Program-made: the position numbers and the translations under genes
Part shown: positions 13,040-26,040 of the stretch, piece by piece
Numbering within the stretch: position 1 is the first letter of the stretch
How the letters are laid out: each line of letters begins with the position of its first letter
The notes under the pieces: generated by a model
The model's input: the letters and a program-made list of their open reading frames with translations, nothing else
Told to the model about the DNA's origin: nothing
Databases searched by the model: none
NCBI RefSeq assembly: GCF_006345805.1
Contig: NC_043013.1
Coordinates: forward strand, 34,534,001 to 34,598,000
Direction of reading: 5' to 3'
From: Octopus sinensis
Lineage: Eukaryota
Length of the DNA: 64,000 nt

Positions 13040-13410
13040 GGGGGGGTGGGGGGGGAGAGAGAAGGTTGTGGTGATTGGCTGGGTCGGGGTGTGGTGGGGT
13101 GGGGGGTAGGGGCTAGGAGGAGAAAAAAAAAAGAAAAAAAGAATTTGACAAGCTGTAATAAACATTAAAATAAAAAAATGTAAGCTAGTGACTGGTTTTA
13201 GAGTAATGTACTTCTTGGGGGATTTGAGTACGTTTACAGCTGTGCATTGAGAGTGAGAGAGTAAGAGAGAGAGAGGGGGAGGGAGGGAGGGGGGGAGGTT
13301 TAGTTAGATAGATTGAGAGAGAGAGAGAGAGAGAAATATGTAAATAGAAAAGGAGAGATGTAAATAGAGCAATAAGACAATGTGTACGTAGGTAAACAGC
13401 TGAGAGCAAG
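13040..13410 (-). promoter_or_regulatory. Candidate promoter/enhancer island
   Basis: AGCCAATCA (NF-Y consensus) at 13072-13080 on minus. G-tract cluster 13081-13112. Fox/E-box composites GTTTACAGCTG at 13232 and GTAAACAGCTG at 13392. Confidence 0.35.
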
Positions 13411-13789
13411 CGAGAGAGAGAGAGGAGAGAGAGAGAGAAAGGGCGGTAGAGAGAAAAGGTGGAGAGAGAGAGAGAGGGGGGATAGAGAGAGAGAAAGAAA
13501 TACTGATTGTTACATGAAAGAGTTTGTAGAATGAAATTGAGAGAAACAGATTAACAAAAGATATAGAAGGTAAAGAGAGATGCACAGAGAGAGAGAGAGA
13601 GAGAGAGGAGGAGGAGGATGGAGAGAGAGGGAGAGAGAGAGACAGACAGAGACAGATAGAGAGTGAGTGGAAGTGAGAGAGAATGATGAGAGGGAGTAAT
13701 GAAATAAGAGAGGAAGTCAGTGAGGTGGAAAAAATAGTATTGTTAGCAGGATAGATAGCAAAGACAGACAGACAGACACCATCATCATC

Positions 13790-14000
13790 ATCAACATCAT
13801 CATCGTCGTCACGTCCAGTTTTTCATTCTTGCATGGGTCAGACAAGGTTTATTGAGGCACATTTTCTATGGCCAGATGCTCTTCCAGTCATCAAACCTCA
13901 TCTATTTCCAAGCAAGATGACCATGACCAGCCGTGATTTCATAGAATATTAGAAATCAACGACACTGCTTGTATGACATTGATACTCATTTACAACTACT
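13790..14000 (-). mobile_element. SINE family D with (GAT)n tail (degenerate copy)
   Basis: (CAT)n followed by TTCTTGCATGGGTCAGAC..GGCCAGATGCTCTTCC. Family also at ~6770, 15098, 15700, 22210, 22900, 46770 (-) and 18830-19237, 52500-52790 (+). Confidence 0.7.
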
Positions 14001-14162
14001 ATGCAATGTAGCGTACACACACATGCACACACAATTAGCATACATACACATAGCAAAAGAATTAAGACCCAGGAAACAAGCAATACAGAATTCTCTGAAT
14101 TACAGTTAACCAAATCATTAGAGTATAAAACACCTCCTCTTCAGAAAACTGATTGTGTACTA

Positions 14163-14386
14163 GATTTCGTTACCAACCTGGCTGAAACCGCCTCTGGCTC
14201 TTTAGTACAAATGTCTTGTTTTCATAAGTTTTGAATTAAAATCTTCCACCAGATCTTAGTCACAATTTACGTTCCTAACATTAACTGAATGATAACTAAG
14301 TTATTTTACTAAATTCTTTGTCATATTTAAAGTAATTGAAAGAAACACAGAGCATCTCAAAATAAATACAGTAACAAAAGGGTTAA
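14163..14386. mobile_element. piggyBac-type (TTAA) MITE, second family
   Basis: Begins TTTCGTTACC and ends GTAACAAAAGGG-TTAA. Confidence 0.6.
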
Positions 14387-14493
14387 ATAGAATATATTTG
14401 GGTTACCTTCAAATATTTTCTGGATAAAAAAGAAAATTAGATGCAGGCATCGAACAATAATTAATGAGCTTTACAACAAAGTAGTATACATCC

Positions 14494-14636
14494 TTTAAAT
14501 TTAATTTGCCAAAATATTTTCCTCACTTTGAGACCACAACCTGTTCCCTGACAAAATCCTGTGCAGCATGGAATTTTGTCGGTGAACAGGTTGCGGTCTC
14601 AAAGCGACGAAAATATTTTGGCAAATTAAATTTAAA
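14494..14636. repeat. Fold-back inverted repeat, 66/67-bp arms, 10-nt loop
   Basis: TTTAAATTTAATTTGCCAAAATATTTTC...GAAAATATTTTGGCAAATTAAATTTAAA, with about 5 mismatches and 1 indel. Confidence 0.95.
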
Positions 14637-16090
14637 TGTTGAAGTGAATCTAACGGTTTTTGTGTGTTTCTTAAATGGCTTATAAACACCTTCCACACTG
14701 CAATTGTTTTCATTCTAGCACGTGATCTGAGATCAGGTCACTTGCTATGCAAGTACATCCCAGTATACATTCCTGCAAACAGTAAACCAAAGTGTGTATA
14801 GACTGACTTCTCATTTTTGCTGTTGTCCCATCAGAATCAAATAACAATACATTACAACGAAGGAGTGCATCCGTTACAAATATTTGTATGACTAAAACTC
14901 AAACATTTGTATGGTTGTGCAGACGTGGTTTTGTGGTTAGGGTATTCAGCTCATGATTGAAAGGTCACGAGTTCAATTTCTGATGGCACATTAAGCTCCT
15001 TGAGCAAGATATTTTGCTTCATATTGTTCCAGTCAATTCAGCTGGTAAAAATGAGTTGTACCTGTTGCTTGGTGGACCAGCTTTGTCACATTCAATGTCA
15101 TCATCATCATCATCGTTTAACGTCCTCTTTCCATCTTGGCATGAGTTGGATGGTTTGACTGAGGACTGGTGAGCCAGACGGCTGCACCAGGCTCCAATCT
15201 AACCTGGCAAAGTTTCTACAGCTAGATGTCCTTCCTAATGCCTTTCATATTAAATTTTTCCTGGGATGTTTGTGGAGTACTCAGCCACTTGCATGCTAAT
15301 TTCATGAACAGGATGTTCCAGTGATAGGATCAACTGAAAACCTCATAATTGACAGAAAACCAGGAATGGGTAAAACTATCAATGAGCCCTTGACAACAAA
15401 GTATATGTAAATATAGTGTGACTTAATGGTTAGCAAGTTTCCTTCTTTTCATAAGGTTAAGGTTTCAATCCTACTGCAATGACATCTTGGACAAATGATT
15501 TTTATCAGAAATTCATAATAAATCCCAAATTTATCTTTTATTATTTACTTGCTTCAGTCATTGAACTTCAGCCATTTAGTATTAGACATACACATTGGGA
15601 CTGACTCATGCAGCTTTGGGTTCAGTCCCACTTCAGGGCACCTCAGGCAAAAGTGTCTTCTACTAATGTCTCAGAATGACCACCAATATCTTGTGAGTGA
15701 ATTTATCATCATCGTCCACCTTCAATGCTAGCATGGGTGGGATGGTTTCACAAAAACCAGACAGGCAAGAGCCTGCACCAGACTTCTGTGACTGTTTTGG
15801 TTGGATTTTTACGGCTGGATGCCCTTCCTAACACCAACCACTCTGGAGACAGGAGTTAGTATTTGTTAGGTGGCACAAGCACAGGCGAGGTCAGTTTTGG
15901 CAAGGTTTTTACAACTGGATGCCCTTCCGAACATCAACCCCTTTTCAGTGTAGACTGGGTGCTTTTAAGTGGCATCTAGATAGAAACTGTATGGAATTCT
16001 GTCATGTACATGTGTGTGTGTGTGTGTACATGCACATGTGTGAGTGTGTCTCAGCAAAAGAGACCAATAAAATACCAGGTTTTAAAAAAT

Positions 16091-16223
16091 AAGTACTGGG
16101 GTTGACAATAGCCCTTTCAAACTGTTGAACCTAGAACAAAAGATATTCACATATTCCTTACAGAGATAAAAAAAATATGTTAACATCTACTATTTTAGTG
16201 TATGAAGATCAATGCTGGATTAA
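16091..16223 (+). repeat. Local duplication, copy 1 (copy 2 at 18460-18591)
   Basis: AAGTACT.GGGTTGACAA..CCCTTTCAAACTGTTGAACCTAGAACAAAAGATATTCAC..CTGGATTAA present at both positions. Confidence 0.9.
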
Positions 16224-16666
16224 GATTTAATGGTTTGATCATGTTTCTGCCAACAGAGGTAATAGGTTCTTGAATGTTCTTTACTTTATCACAATGTATT
16301 TAGAACCCCCTCATCGTGGCTGATTTGGTTCCCTTTCTAATGTAAACAATCAGATACATCTAAAGAATTCTCTATGCATTTGAATTAATTTATTTATATA
16401 TTTAAGTGTTTTTACTGTTAAGGTGTTGGTTTGTTTATGTCCCAATAATGGTTTTTTTTTTGTTTTTGCTGAAGAAACTGATAGAATATGTACAAGTACT
16501 AGGATCGATTTGTGCAGTTAAACCCTCAAAAATGATGCCCCAGCATGGCCACAGTCCAATGACTGAAACGAGTGAAAGAAGATAAATATAGAATTGTAAA
16601 AATAGTTGGGGGGTGGGGAAACGAAGAAGTGTGAAAGAGAAAAATAAAGAAAGAGCACTATACAGG

Positions 16667-16830
16667 TACAGGCATGGCTGCGTGGTAAGAAGCTTGCTTC
16701 CCAACCACATGGTTCTGGATTCAGTCCCACTGTGCAGCACCTTGGGCAAATGTCTCCTACTATAGCCTTGGGATAACCAAAACCTTATGAGTGGATTTAG
16801 TAGAGAGAAACTGAAAGAAGCCTGTCATAC

Positions 16831-16904
<74 letters not shown>

Positions 16905-17490
16905 TGTGTGGCAAGTAGATTGCTTCCCAAACACATGGTTCTGGGTTCAGTCCCACTATGTGGCACCTTTGGGAAATGTCTCCTACTATAACCTAGGGCT
17001 GACCAAAGCTTTGTGAGTAGGTTTGGTAGAAACTGAAAGAAGTCCGTCATATATATATATATATTGCGTGGCTGTGTGGTAAGTAGCTTGCTTCCCAAAC
17101 AGATGGTTCCAGGTTCAGTCCCACTGTGGGGCACCTTGGGTTAGTGTCTTCTACTAGAGCCTCAGGCCAACCAAAGCCTTATGAGTGGATTTGGTAGATA
17201 GAAACTAAAAGAAGCCTGTTGTATACACACACACATGCATACACATATATATGCATGTGTTTATGTATGTGTGTCTTTGTATCCATGTCTGTGTTTGCTT
17301 CTCCACCATTGCTTGACAACTGATGTTGGTGTGTTTATGTCCCTGTAACTTAGCATTCCAGCAAAAGAGATCAATAGAATAAGTACAAAGCTTACAAAGA
17401 ATCTGGGGCTGATTTCTTTATCTGAAACCCTTTAAGGCAGTGCTCCAGCATGGCTGCAGTCAAATGACTGACACAAGTAAAAGAATAAAA
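16667..17490 (+). mobile_element. Three tandem SINE-A heads followed by one tail B
   Basis: Heads at ~16667, ~16901 and ~17066 separated by (TA)n. Tail at 17280-17490. Confidence 0.85.
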
Positions 17491-18037
17491 AGATAAAGAA
17501 TATATAAAAAGGCAAAGTGAAAGAGAGAAAAGCAAGAAAGAAAGCGACAGAAAGAGAAATTGAAGGCAAAAAAAAGATAGAAAATAAAATGAAAAGAGGG
17601 AAAGAAAGAGCCTGGTATGAAAGAGAAAAATGAAGAAATAGATATGAGTATGCAGTAAGAATTTTGCTTCCCAACCACATGGTCCCAGGTTCAGTCCCAT
17701 TGCATGGCACATAGGCCAAAAGTCATCTACAATAGCTCCAGAGCTGCCAAAGTCTTATGAATGGTTATAAAAAAAACGATAAAGTTTCCCCCCTCGAGTC
17801 TTGCTGATTCATAAGGGCTGGTTTTTTTGCTTCCATGGTGTGGAAGTCTGCTGTGTACATGTGAGCATGTGTGTGTGTGCATGCACACATGTGAGTGTGT
17901 GTCTTTATGTCTTTGCTTGTCCACACTACCACTTGGTAACCGGTGTTGGTTTGTTTATGTTCCTGTGATGATATAGTGCTTCAGCAAATGTGACCGATAA
18001 AATGAATACCGCGCTTTAAAAAATAAGTACTGAGGTA

Positions 18038-18406
18038 GGAGTAAAGATTATTTGCCAACATAACATGGCAGTCCTGGTTTAGGATGAATGTTGCTGTAAT
18101 TTAGCCCCAGGAGACATCTTCTCCAACTGGCTTTACGACAAGATCTGTGTCATGTCGTACATGTCCTTATATTTTCGAAAATATAAGGACAAAAATCATG
18201 TCGTATAGCTAGCAGTGTTGGGCCTCATGGAGGCAAGGTGGCTGAGTTCCTTTCGAGCATTGGGCCCCTTGTGAGGGCAAAGCGGCTGAGTTTCTTCTGA
18301 GCGTCGGGCCTTATGGAGGCAATGACCCCATTCCTGGGGCTAAATTACAGTAACATTCATCCTAAACCAGGACTGCCATGTTATGTTGGCAAACAATCTT
18401 TACTCC
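18038..18406. repeat. Fold-back with 75-bp arms (18038-18112 / 18332-18406)
   Basis: Arms are 73/75 identical as reverse complements. The whole insert is bracketed by TAAGTACT at 18024-18031 and 18460-18467. Confidence 0.9.
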
Positions 18407-18829
18407 AAAGTACTGTTGCTGGATATCTCTTATTGTGAAATTTACAAATAGTTATTTTCTAAGTACTAGGGTTGACAAAAACCCCTTTCAAACTGTTGAA
18501 CCTAGAACAAAAGATATTCACATATTCCCTACAGAGATAAGAAATATGTTAACATCTAGTATTTTAGTGTATGAATATCAATACTGGATTAATACCTATC
18601 TGGATCAGACACCGGTTCCTCACAGGATAACTCATTTTGCCAGTGGATCAGCTTGAAATGAAGTGTTTTGCTCAAGAACACAATGTGTTGCCCAGTCCAA
18701 GAATTGAAACCACAACCTTATGATCATAAGTCCAATACTGTAACCACTAAGTCACGAGCCTCCACAAAAGGGTAAAGTGACCTTCTTGAGTCATAAGGGC
18801 TCAGTTTCCAAGTTTCATTGTATGAGTTT

Positions 18830-19237
18830 CTTTGTGTGTTGGGCCTCATGGAGGCAAAGTAGCTGAGTTCCTTTCGAGCAATAGGCTCCACCCCCATGAG
18901 GGCAAAGTGGCTGAGTTCCATATGAGTGTCGGGCCTTATGGAGGCAATGACCAAGACCTTTGGCATTACATTGTGTTTGAGAGGGCACATCAAGCCAAGC
19001 AAAATTGCAGTCGTGGCAAATACAGGAGTCACACAAATGGCACCTGTGCTGGTGGCAAATAAAACTATCCATTACACTCTTAGAGTGGTTGGCATTAGGA
19101 AGAGCATCCAGCCGTAGAAAACCATGCCAAATCAGACTGGAGCCTGGTGCAGTCTTCCAGCATGCCAGCCCAGTCAAACCATCTAACCCATGCCAGCATG
19201 GACAATGGACGTTAAATGATGATGATGATGATGATGA
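18830..19237 (+). mobile_element. SINE family D, long copy with 5' tandem subrepeats and (GAT)n tail
   Basis: GGCATTAGGAAGAGCATCCAGCCGTAGAAA..CCCATGCCAGCATGGAC..GGACGTTAAATGATGATGATG. Confidence 0.8.
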
Positions 19238-19520
19238 TATATTTCCCATCTGGATGGGATGCTGGTCTGTTGAAAGGATTACTCACTTTTGCCAGTGAAG
19301 TGGATTGGGGCAATGTGAAATGAAGTGTTTTGCTGAAGAACACAATGTATTGACCAGTCCTGAAATTGAAACCAGGATCTTATGATCATGAGTTCAACAC
19401 CCTAACCACTAAGCTACATACCTCCACATCTGAGTAGGAATGGTAGACAGAAACTAGAAGAAGCCTGTCATCTCTCTCATTCTCTCTCTCTATATATATG
19501 TGTGTATGTGTATGTGTATG

Positions 19521-19556
<36 letters not shown>

Positions 19557-19564
19557 TATATATA

Positions 19565-19773
19565 TGTGACCTCGTGTGTACCGTTGGCGATTTTTTTTCC
19601 TCTGTCTTCCCTTCTCGGGATCTTTCCTTCTCCTATGTTTCTGACGAAGAGCTCCGCTCGCAACGTTAAACCCTCCTTCTTTCCTTCTTTCCTGAGCGTC
19701 CAATAATACTATATTTGTTCCATGTCCTAGCGTTGTTGTGTTTTTTTTTTGGTGTTTTCTTGCTTGGATTAAC
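19565..19773 (+). mobile_element. ~210-nt non-coding hammerhead-bearing module in (TA)n/(TG)n
   Basis: Flanked by dinucleotide repeats. Homologous along its length to 36175-36375. Confidence 0.7.
19637..19671 (+). ncRNA. Minimal type-I hammerhead ribozyme motif, one core mutation
   Basis: GTTT-CTGACGA-A-GAGC(TCC)GCTC-GCAA-C-GT-T-AAAC: stem I GTTT/AAAC, stem II GAGC/GCTC, GAAA changed to GCAA. Confidence 0.75.
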
Positions 19774-19787
19774 TATATATATATTTG

Positions 19788-19818
<31 letters not shown>

Positions 19819-20433
19819 TTGTGTTTGTCCTTGGCAGCTGCTTGACAACCAATGTTAGTTCATTTACATCCTTGTAACTCAGCGATTTGGCAAAAGAGAC
19901 AGACAGAATAAGAACCTGGCTTAAGATAATAAGAACTGGGGGTTGATTTGATTGACTAAAACCTTTCATGGTGGTGCCCCAGCGTGGCCGTGGCCCAACG
20001 ACTGAGACAAGTAGCAAATAAAGGAGAAAATTTATGACACAGAAGAAACAGGAATAAACATAGAAGGACTGAGGGAGATGCAGAGAGAGAGAGATACAGT
20101 GAGAGAGATACAGAGAGAGAGAGAGAGAGAGATAGTGGGAGAAAATGAGAGAGAGAGAGATAGTGGGAGAAAATGAGAGAGAGAGAGGGGGTAAGAGCTA
20201 AGGAAAAAGTAGAAAAATAGACAAGACAAAAGAAGTAAAAGGTAAAACAGAATACAACTGTCTCAAGGAAAGTGGACAATAAATAACAAAAAAGAATACA
20301 TACATACATATATGTGTGTGTGTAAACATATATAGTCTATTGTATATATATATATATCTGTATATATATAAATAATGTCTATTATATATGTGTGTGTGTA
20401 TATATATATATGTGTGTGTGTGTGCATGCATTT

Positions 20434-20466
<33 letters not shown>

Positions 20467-20582
20467 ATATGTATATATATTTTGTCTATATGTGTGTGTG
20501 TGTATGTATATACAGGTGTGTGTGTATATATTACGTTCTTGTCCCAGTTTGTATTTTTCAACATATAATATATACACACACA

Positions 20583-20638
<56 letters not shown>

Positions 20639-21380
20639 ACACAACATATGTAATTGAAGAAAAAATGCAAGCAAAAAAGAGAGAGAAAAAGTGAAAATAG
20701 GAAGAGTGTGGGTGACAGTGGAGGGAGGGGGCAGGTTTGGGTATGTAAGGTGAGATTTGTGGACAAGAACACATTGTTTTTCCATTTGAGTCTTGTGTGG
20801 TGGTGGTGGTGGTGGTGGTGGGGTGTTGGTGGGTGTGATGGTGGGTGTGATGGTGGGGCTGGTGGTGGTTTATTATGGCCTGGTGGATGTCAGCAGACAA
20901 GATGTGTATATGAGAGAGAGAGAGAGAGAGAGAAAGAAATATGACAAGACAGACATGACAAGACAAGAAAGAACTTGGGTAAAAAGAGAGTGAGAGAGAG
21001 GGGGGAGAGGAAGTGGTGGGGGTGAGAGAAGTTTCTGGCAAACATGGCACTGCTTAGAAAAGAACCATTGGAACCACTACTAGCCTGCATTGACCCATGA
21101 AGAAATCTTGCACTAATCACTTGTGTCTTCTGTCACACTTCACTGCACAACTTCATCTGCTGCTGTTTGACTTAAGACTTGCTAGCTGGATTAACAGGGT
21201 GGTGGTGGTTTGGTGGTGGTGGTTGGATGTGGCATTGGAAGGCAGTGCAGGGTATGGGAAATGTGGTGGGTCAGAGAGAGTGAGCTGGGGGGTGGTGGTG
21301 TGTGAGGGATGTGATGCTGGAGGTGAGAGGAAACTAAGGAGAAAGAGGGAAGGTAAGAGAGAGGAAGGCAGAGGAAAAGC

Positions 21381-21430
<50 letters not shown>

Positions 21431-21613
21431 GTAATAATAATCATGACAGAGAGACAGTGTGAGAAGAAAGGGAGTGCTTGGTGACTCTTTAGTAAGTGGA
21501 TGGCATGGTGGGAGTGAGTAAAATAAATAATACTTGGGGAGGGTGGAGTGGAGAAAAATAAGAAAGAGTGAGAAAAAAAGAAAGATTGTGTGAAAAGATT
21601 AGATATAAAAAAG

Positions 21614-21655
<42 letters not shown>

Positions 21656-21670
21656 AGAGAGAGACAGAGA

Positions 21671-21853
21671 GAGACTGAGACAGACATACAGACAGACACA
21701 TATAGTAACTAGTTCCTGTTCATGGGGAAAGAAAAAAAGGTGGCCAACTTATGAAGTGAAATAAAAAGAACAAAACTCAAATATGATATAAAGAAATAAG
21801 ACAAACAAGAATAAAAAATACAAAAAATAGAGAACAATTATTAAAACAATGAA

Positions 21854-21895
<42 letters not shown>

Positions 21896-21962
21896 AGACA
21901 GGTAAGACCAAAGACAGTAGTTTGAGGAATGTTAGTTGTGAAGGAGAATAAATACATGACTA
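21671..21962 (+). repeat. Local duplication, copy 1 (copy 2 at 23324-23595)
   Basis: ~280-bp unique block (GGTGGCCAACTTATGAAGTG..GTTAGACAGGTAAGAC..AATACATGACTA) repeated 1.65 kb away. Differs mainly in (GA)n length. Confidence 0.95.
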
Positions 21963-23994
21963 ACAGAAGAAAGGTAAAGAATGAATTTAAGGTATGAAAG
22001 AAAGGAAGAATAAGAGAAATATGGAATGAAGGATATGAAAGAAAGGAAATAAAGGAAATAAGGAAATGTGAATGCATGTATGGTTAAGGAATTCGTTTTG
22101 CAAGATACAAGATTCTGATCTCAATCTTGGTGGAACTGTGGCACTGTAGACTGGTCATGTACCATCTTACTATGATCTCACATTGAGTGATGCCTTATGA
22201 GTGAAATATATCATCATCATCATCATTGTTTAACGTCCGCTTTCCATGCTAGCATGGGTTGGAGGATTTGACTGAGGACTGGCAAGTCAGATGGCTGCAC
22301 CAGGCTCCAATATGATCTGGCAGAGTTTCTACAGCTGGATGTCCTTCCTAACACCAACCACTCCGAGAGTGTAGTGGGTGCTTTTATGTCCAACCAGCAT
22401 GAGGGCCAGTCAGGCGATACTGGCAACAGCCATGCTCAAATGGTGCTTTTTATGTGCCACCTGCACATGAGCCAGTCCAGCAGCACTGGCAATGACCTTG
22501 CTCGACTGTTTTTCACATGCCACTGGCAGTAAGGTGATGCTGGTAATGATCACGTTTGAATGGTGCTTTTTACATGCCATATGTATTCATTTACTCATTT
22601 ATTCATTTACTTGTATTAGTCATTTGACTGCAGCCATGCTGGAGCACTGCCTTTAGTTGAACAAATCGACCCCAGGACTTATTCTTTCTGTCGCTTTTGC
22701 CAAATTGCTAAGTTATGGGGATGTAAATACACCAACATCAGTTGTCAAGTTGTCGAGCAATGGTGAAGGGACAAATGTAGACACACACATAAATATATAC
22801 AATAAATAAAAAATGCATTAAATACTACATAAAGTACACGTAGGTCACATACAGACGGACCCTAATTCTTCATCAGTTATCGACTGAAAAATACTATATA
22901 TCATCAACATCATCGTTTAACATCCGCCTTCCATGCTGGCATGAGTTGGACGGTTCGACTGGGGTCTGGGTATCCAGAAGGCTGCACCAGGCTCTGATCT
23001 GATCTGGCACGGTTTCTACTGCTAGATGTCCTTCCTATAACCAGCCACTCCAAAAGTGTAGTGGGTGCTTTTTATGTGCCACAAGCGCAGAGGTCAGTGG
23101 GGGCTGGCATCGACCATGATAGAATGGTGCTTTTTATGTGCCACTGGTACAGGAGTGAGTTGGGGTGAGGGGGCTAGTATCTACCACATTCGGATGGTGC
23201 TTTTTACGTGACACGATGGGCTTCTTTTAGGGTTTTTTTTTTCAGGTGAATATTGTCTGGTCATTTTTTCTATAAACTATTATCATTACACACATACCCA
23301 CATTCACACACTCACACATGCCTGAGACTGAGACAGACATACAGACAGACACATATCGTAACTAGTTTCCATTCATGGAGAAAGAAAAAAAGGTGGCCAA
23401 CTTATGAAGTGAAACAAAAAGAACAAAACTCAAATATGATATAAAGAAATAAGACAAACAAGAGTAAAAAATACAAGAAATAGAGAAAAAATATTAAAAC
23501 AATGAAGGTAAAAGAGAGAGAGAGGGTTAGACAGGTAAGACAAGAGACAGTAGTTTGAGGAATGTTAGTTGTGAAGGAGAATAAATACATGACTACATGT
23601 ATGACAAACTTCCCCACTTGCTGTGGGACTGAACCTGGAATTATGTGTTTGTAAGTAAGCTACTTACCACACAGCCACTCCTGTGCCTAATTTATAAAGG
23701 ACGGAAAGTAATGAGACGAACAAACTCCACTGAATGTGTAATGTAAGCTGAGGGTTAAAAAATAACAAATGCATGAGGGGGGAACTAGTGCTAATGTGTA
23801 CGAGAGAAGAACTGAGCTGGTAGAGACAGGTGATGCTTAGGAAGCATGACAGTTGTGTAAAAGTGCTAAAATCTAATCTCAGACAGTTGGACATTAAGAA
23901 GGAGGTTAATTAACAAAGGACCACAACAAGGAGCAAAGCATGTGAGCGTGGCCAAATGAATGCAAGATTCTAGTAGTTGTGGCAGTGGTGGTGG

Positions 23995-24035
<41 letters not shown>

Positions 24036-24355
24036 TCAGCTATATTTTCATAGATGCCAGTTTTAGAAGTATTTATATATTAACAAAATCTACAAATATA
24101 TTTATGAATTTATGCACATCAAACCATGCATATGTGTATATGTGGGTGTATATCCCTTTCACTCTCTCTCTCTTTGTGTGTCTATCTATCTATCTATCTA
24201 TCAATCTATCTATCTATCTATCTATCTATATATCTATCTATCTATATATAAACATTACACGTACACATGTATCAGCAAAAATACATATGCAAATATAGGT
24301 GCTTATGAATTTACAAAATAATTATGCTATTTGTAGACAGCCATATATATGTATA

Positions 24356-24396
<41 letters not shown>

Positions 24397-25059
24397 GTGT
24401 ATATATGCGTCATGTACACACACATATATACTCACACATGCATACACATGTACACACATATGTACACAGACACACATATATACACACAGGCGTGCACCAT
24501 TTAATAGTAAAAATAACGACGACAATGTTTCTATAACAGTTATTAGAAAATATTATTATTACATTGTATCTATATGTTCAATGCACACAACACACACACA
24601 CACACATACACACACACACACACACACATACACACACACACACACACACATACACACACACACAAGCACATGAAGAATACACAAACAAAGAAAAAGAGAA
24701 AAATTACAAAAGAATTTTTCAACTGCAGAGAACAAGTAAACTTAAGTTATTAGTCTCAAAATCTCGTTTATAAAAAAAAACGGATTTTATAGGAACTGCA
24801 ATTTAATGAAACTGTTGTATGGCTTCCTTTGAGAAGGATAATCAAAGAACACAGGAACTAAATATCATTCAATGGAATCTCTTGTGTTCTTTCTTACTTT
24901 TACCATACTCTTTTCCATTGCTTCACAATTCTAATATCTCAAGATACATATTTTGGCTTGACAATAATCATATCAGATCTTCAAAAGCGAAAATGAATAG
25001 AGTCAATCATAACACTAAAGAGGAGGAAATCTCACACTTTTGAGAGGAGCACTATTTTC

Positions 25060-25361
25060 ATCATCATCACCATCATCATCACCACCACCACTATTATCCT
25101 CATCATCACCACCACCACTATCATCATCATCATTAGTCATCATCATCATCATCATCATCATTACCACCACCACTATCATCATCATCACCACCACTATCAA
25201 CATCATCATCATCATCACCACCACCACCACCACCACCACTATCATCATCATCATCATCACCACCACAAACATCATCATCATCATCATCAATGTCGTTGTT
25301 CTCCTCCTCCTTGTCATCGTCATCAATATCTTTATTGTCATTATCGTCACCATCTTCACAG

Positions 25362-25401
<40 letters not shown>

Positions 25402-25537
25402 TATTGGTTTTCATTTTTATTATTAATCTTTATTCCGCTATTGTCTTTCAGCTTGTAAACGCTATGATTAATACTACTATTAACAAAACTGATAAACATG
25501 ACAAATAATAACAATAATAATAACAATAATAATAATG

Positions 25538-25574
<37 letters not shown>

Positions 25575-25872
25575 CGATGATGATGATGGTGGTGGTGGTG
25601 GTGGTGATGGTGGTGATGGTGGTGGTGATGATGATGATGGTGGTGATGATGGTGGTGGTGGTGGTGGTGGTGATGAGGATGATACTAAGGATAATGATAG
25701 TTATAGAAATAATAATTATCATCATCACCTTCAGCATCCTTATTATTTTTGTTGTCAATGTGGATTTCATTCAGCTAAATTGTTGTTGCACTGATGAAGA
25801 GGAAAAAAAGAAATTATTATTGTTTCTATTACCATCATCGTCATTATTTTACGTATCATTCATGCTGTAATT

Positions 25873-25903
<31 letters not shown>

Positions 25904-25960
25904 CTACCACCATCATCATCACCACTATCAGCATTATCATATTTCCTGTTGACATTGTTA
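25060..25960. repeat. Cryptic trinucleotide arrays (ATC/ACC)n, (AAT)n, (GAT/GGT)n
   Basis: Direct reading. Source of the poly-I/M/D/S pseudo-ORFs. Confidence 0.95.
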
Positions 25961-26040
25961 GGTTCCGTTTGTTATCATCATCATCATCATCATCATCATG
26001 ATTATCTTTATTTATTTATTGGTATTTAGGAAAAGGTGGT

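Noticed and set aside
11257-13074. 605-aa Pro/Thr/His-rich ORF and overlapping ORFs on both strands
   Set aside because: Open in most frames because (ACC)n lacks stops. It drifts between registers at non-triplet indels and has no domain content
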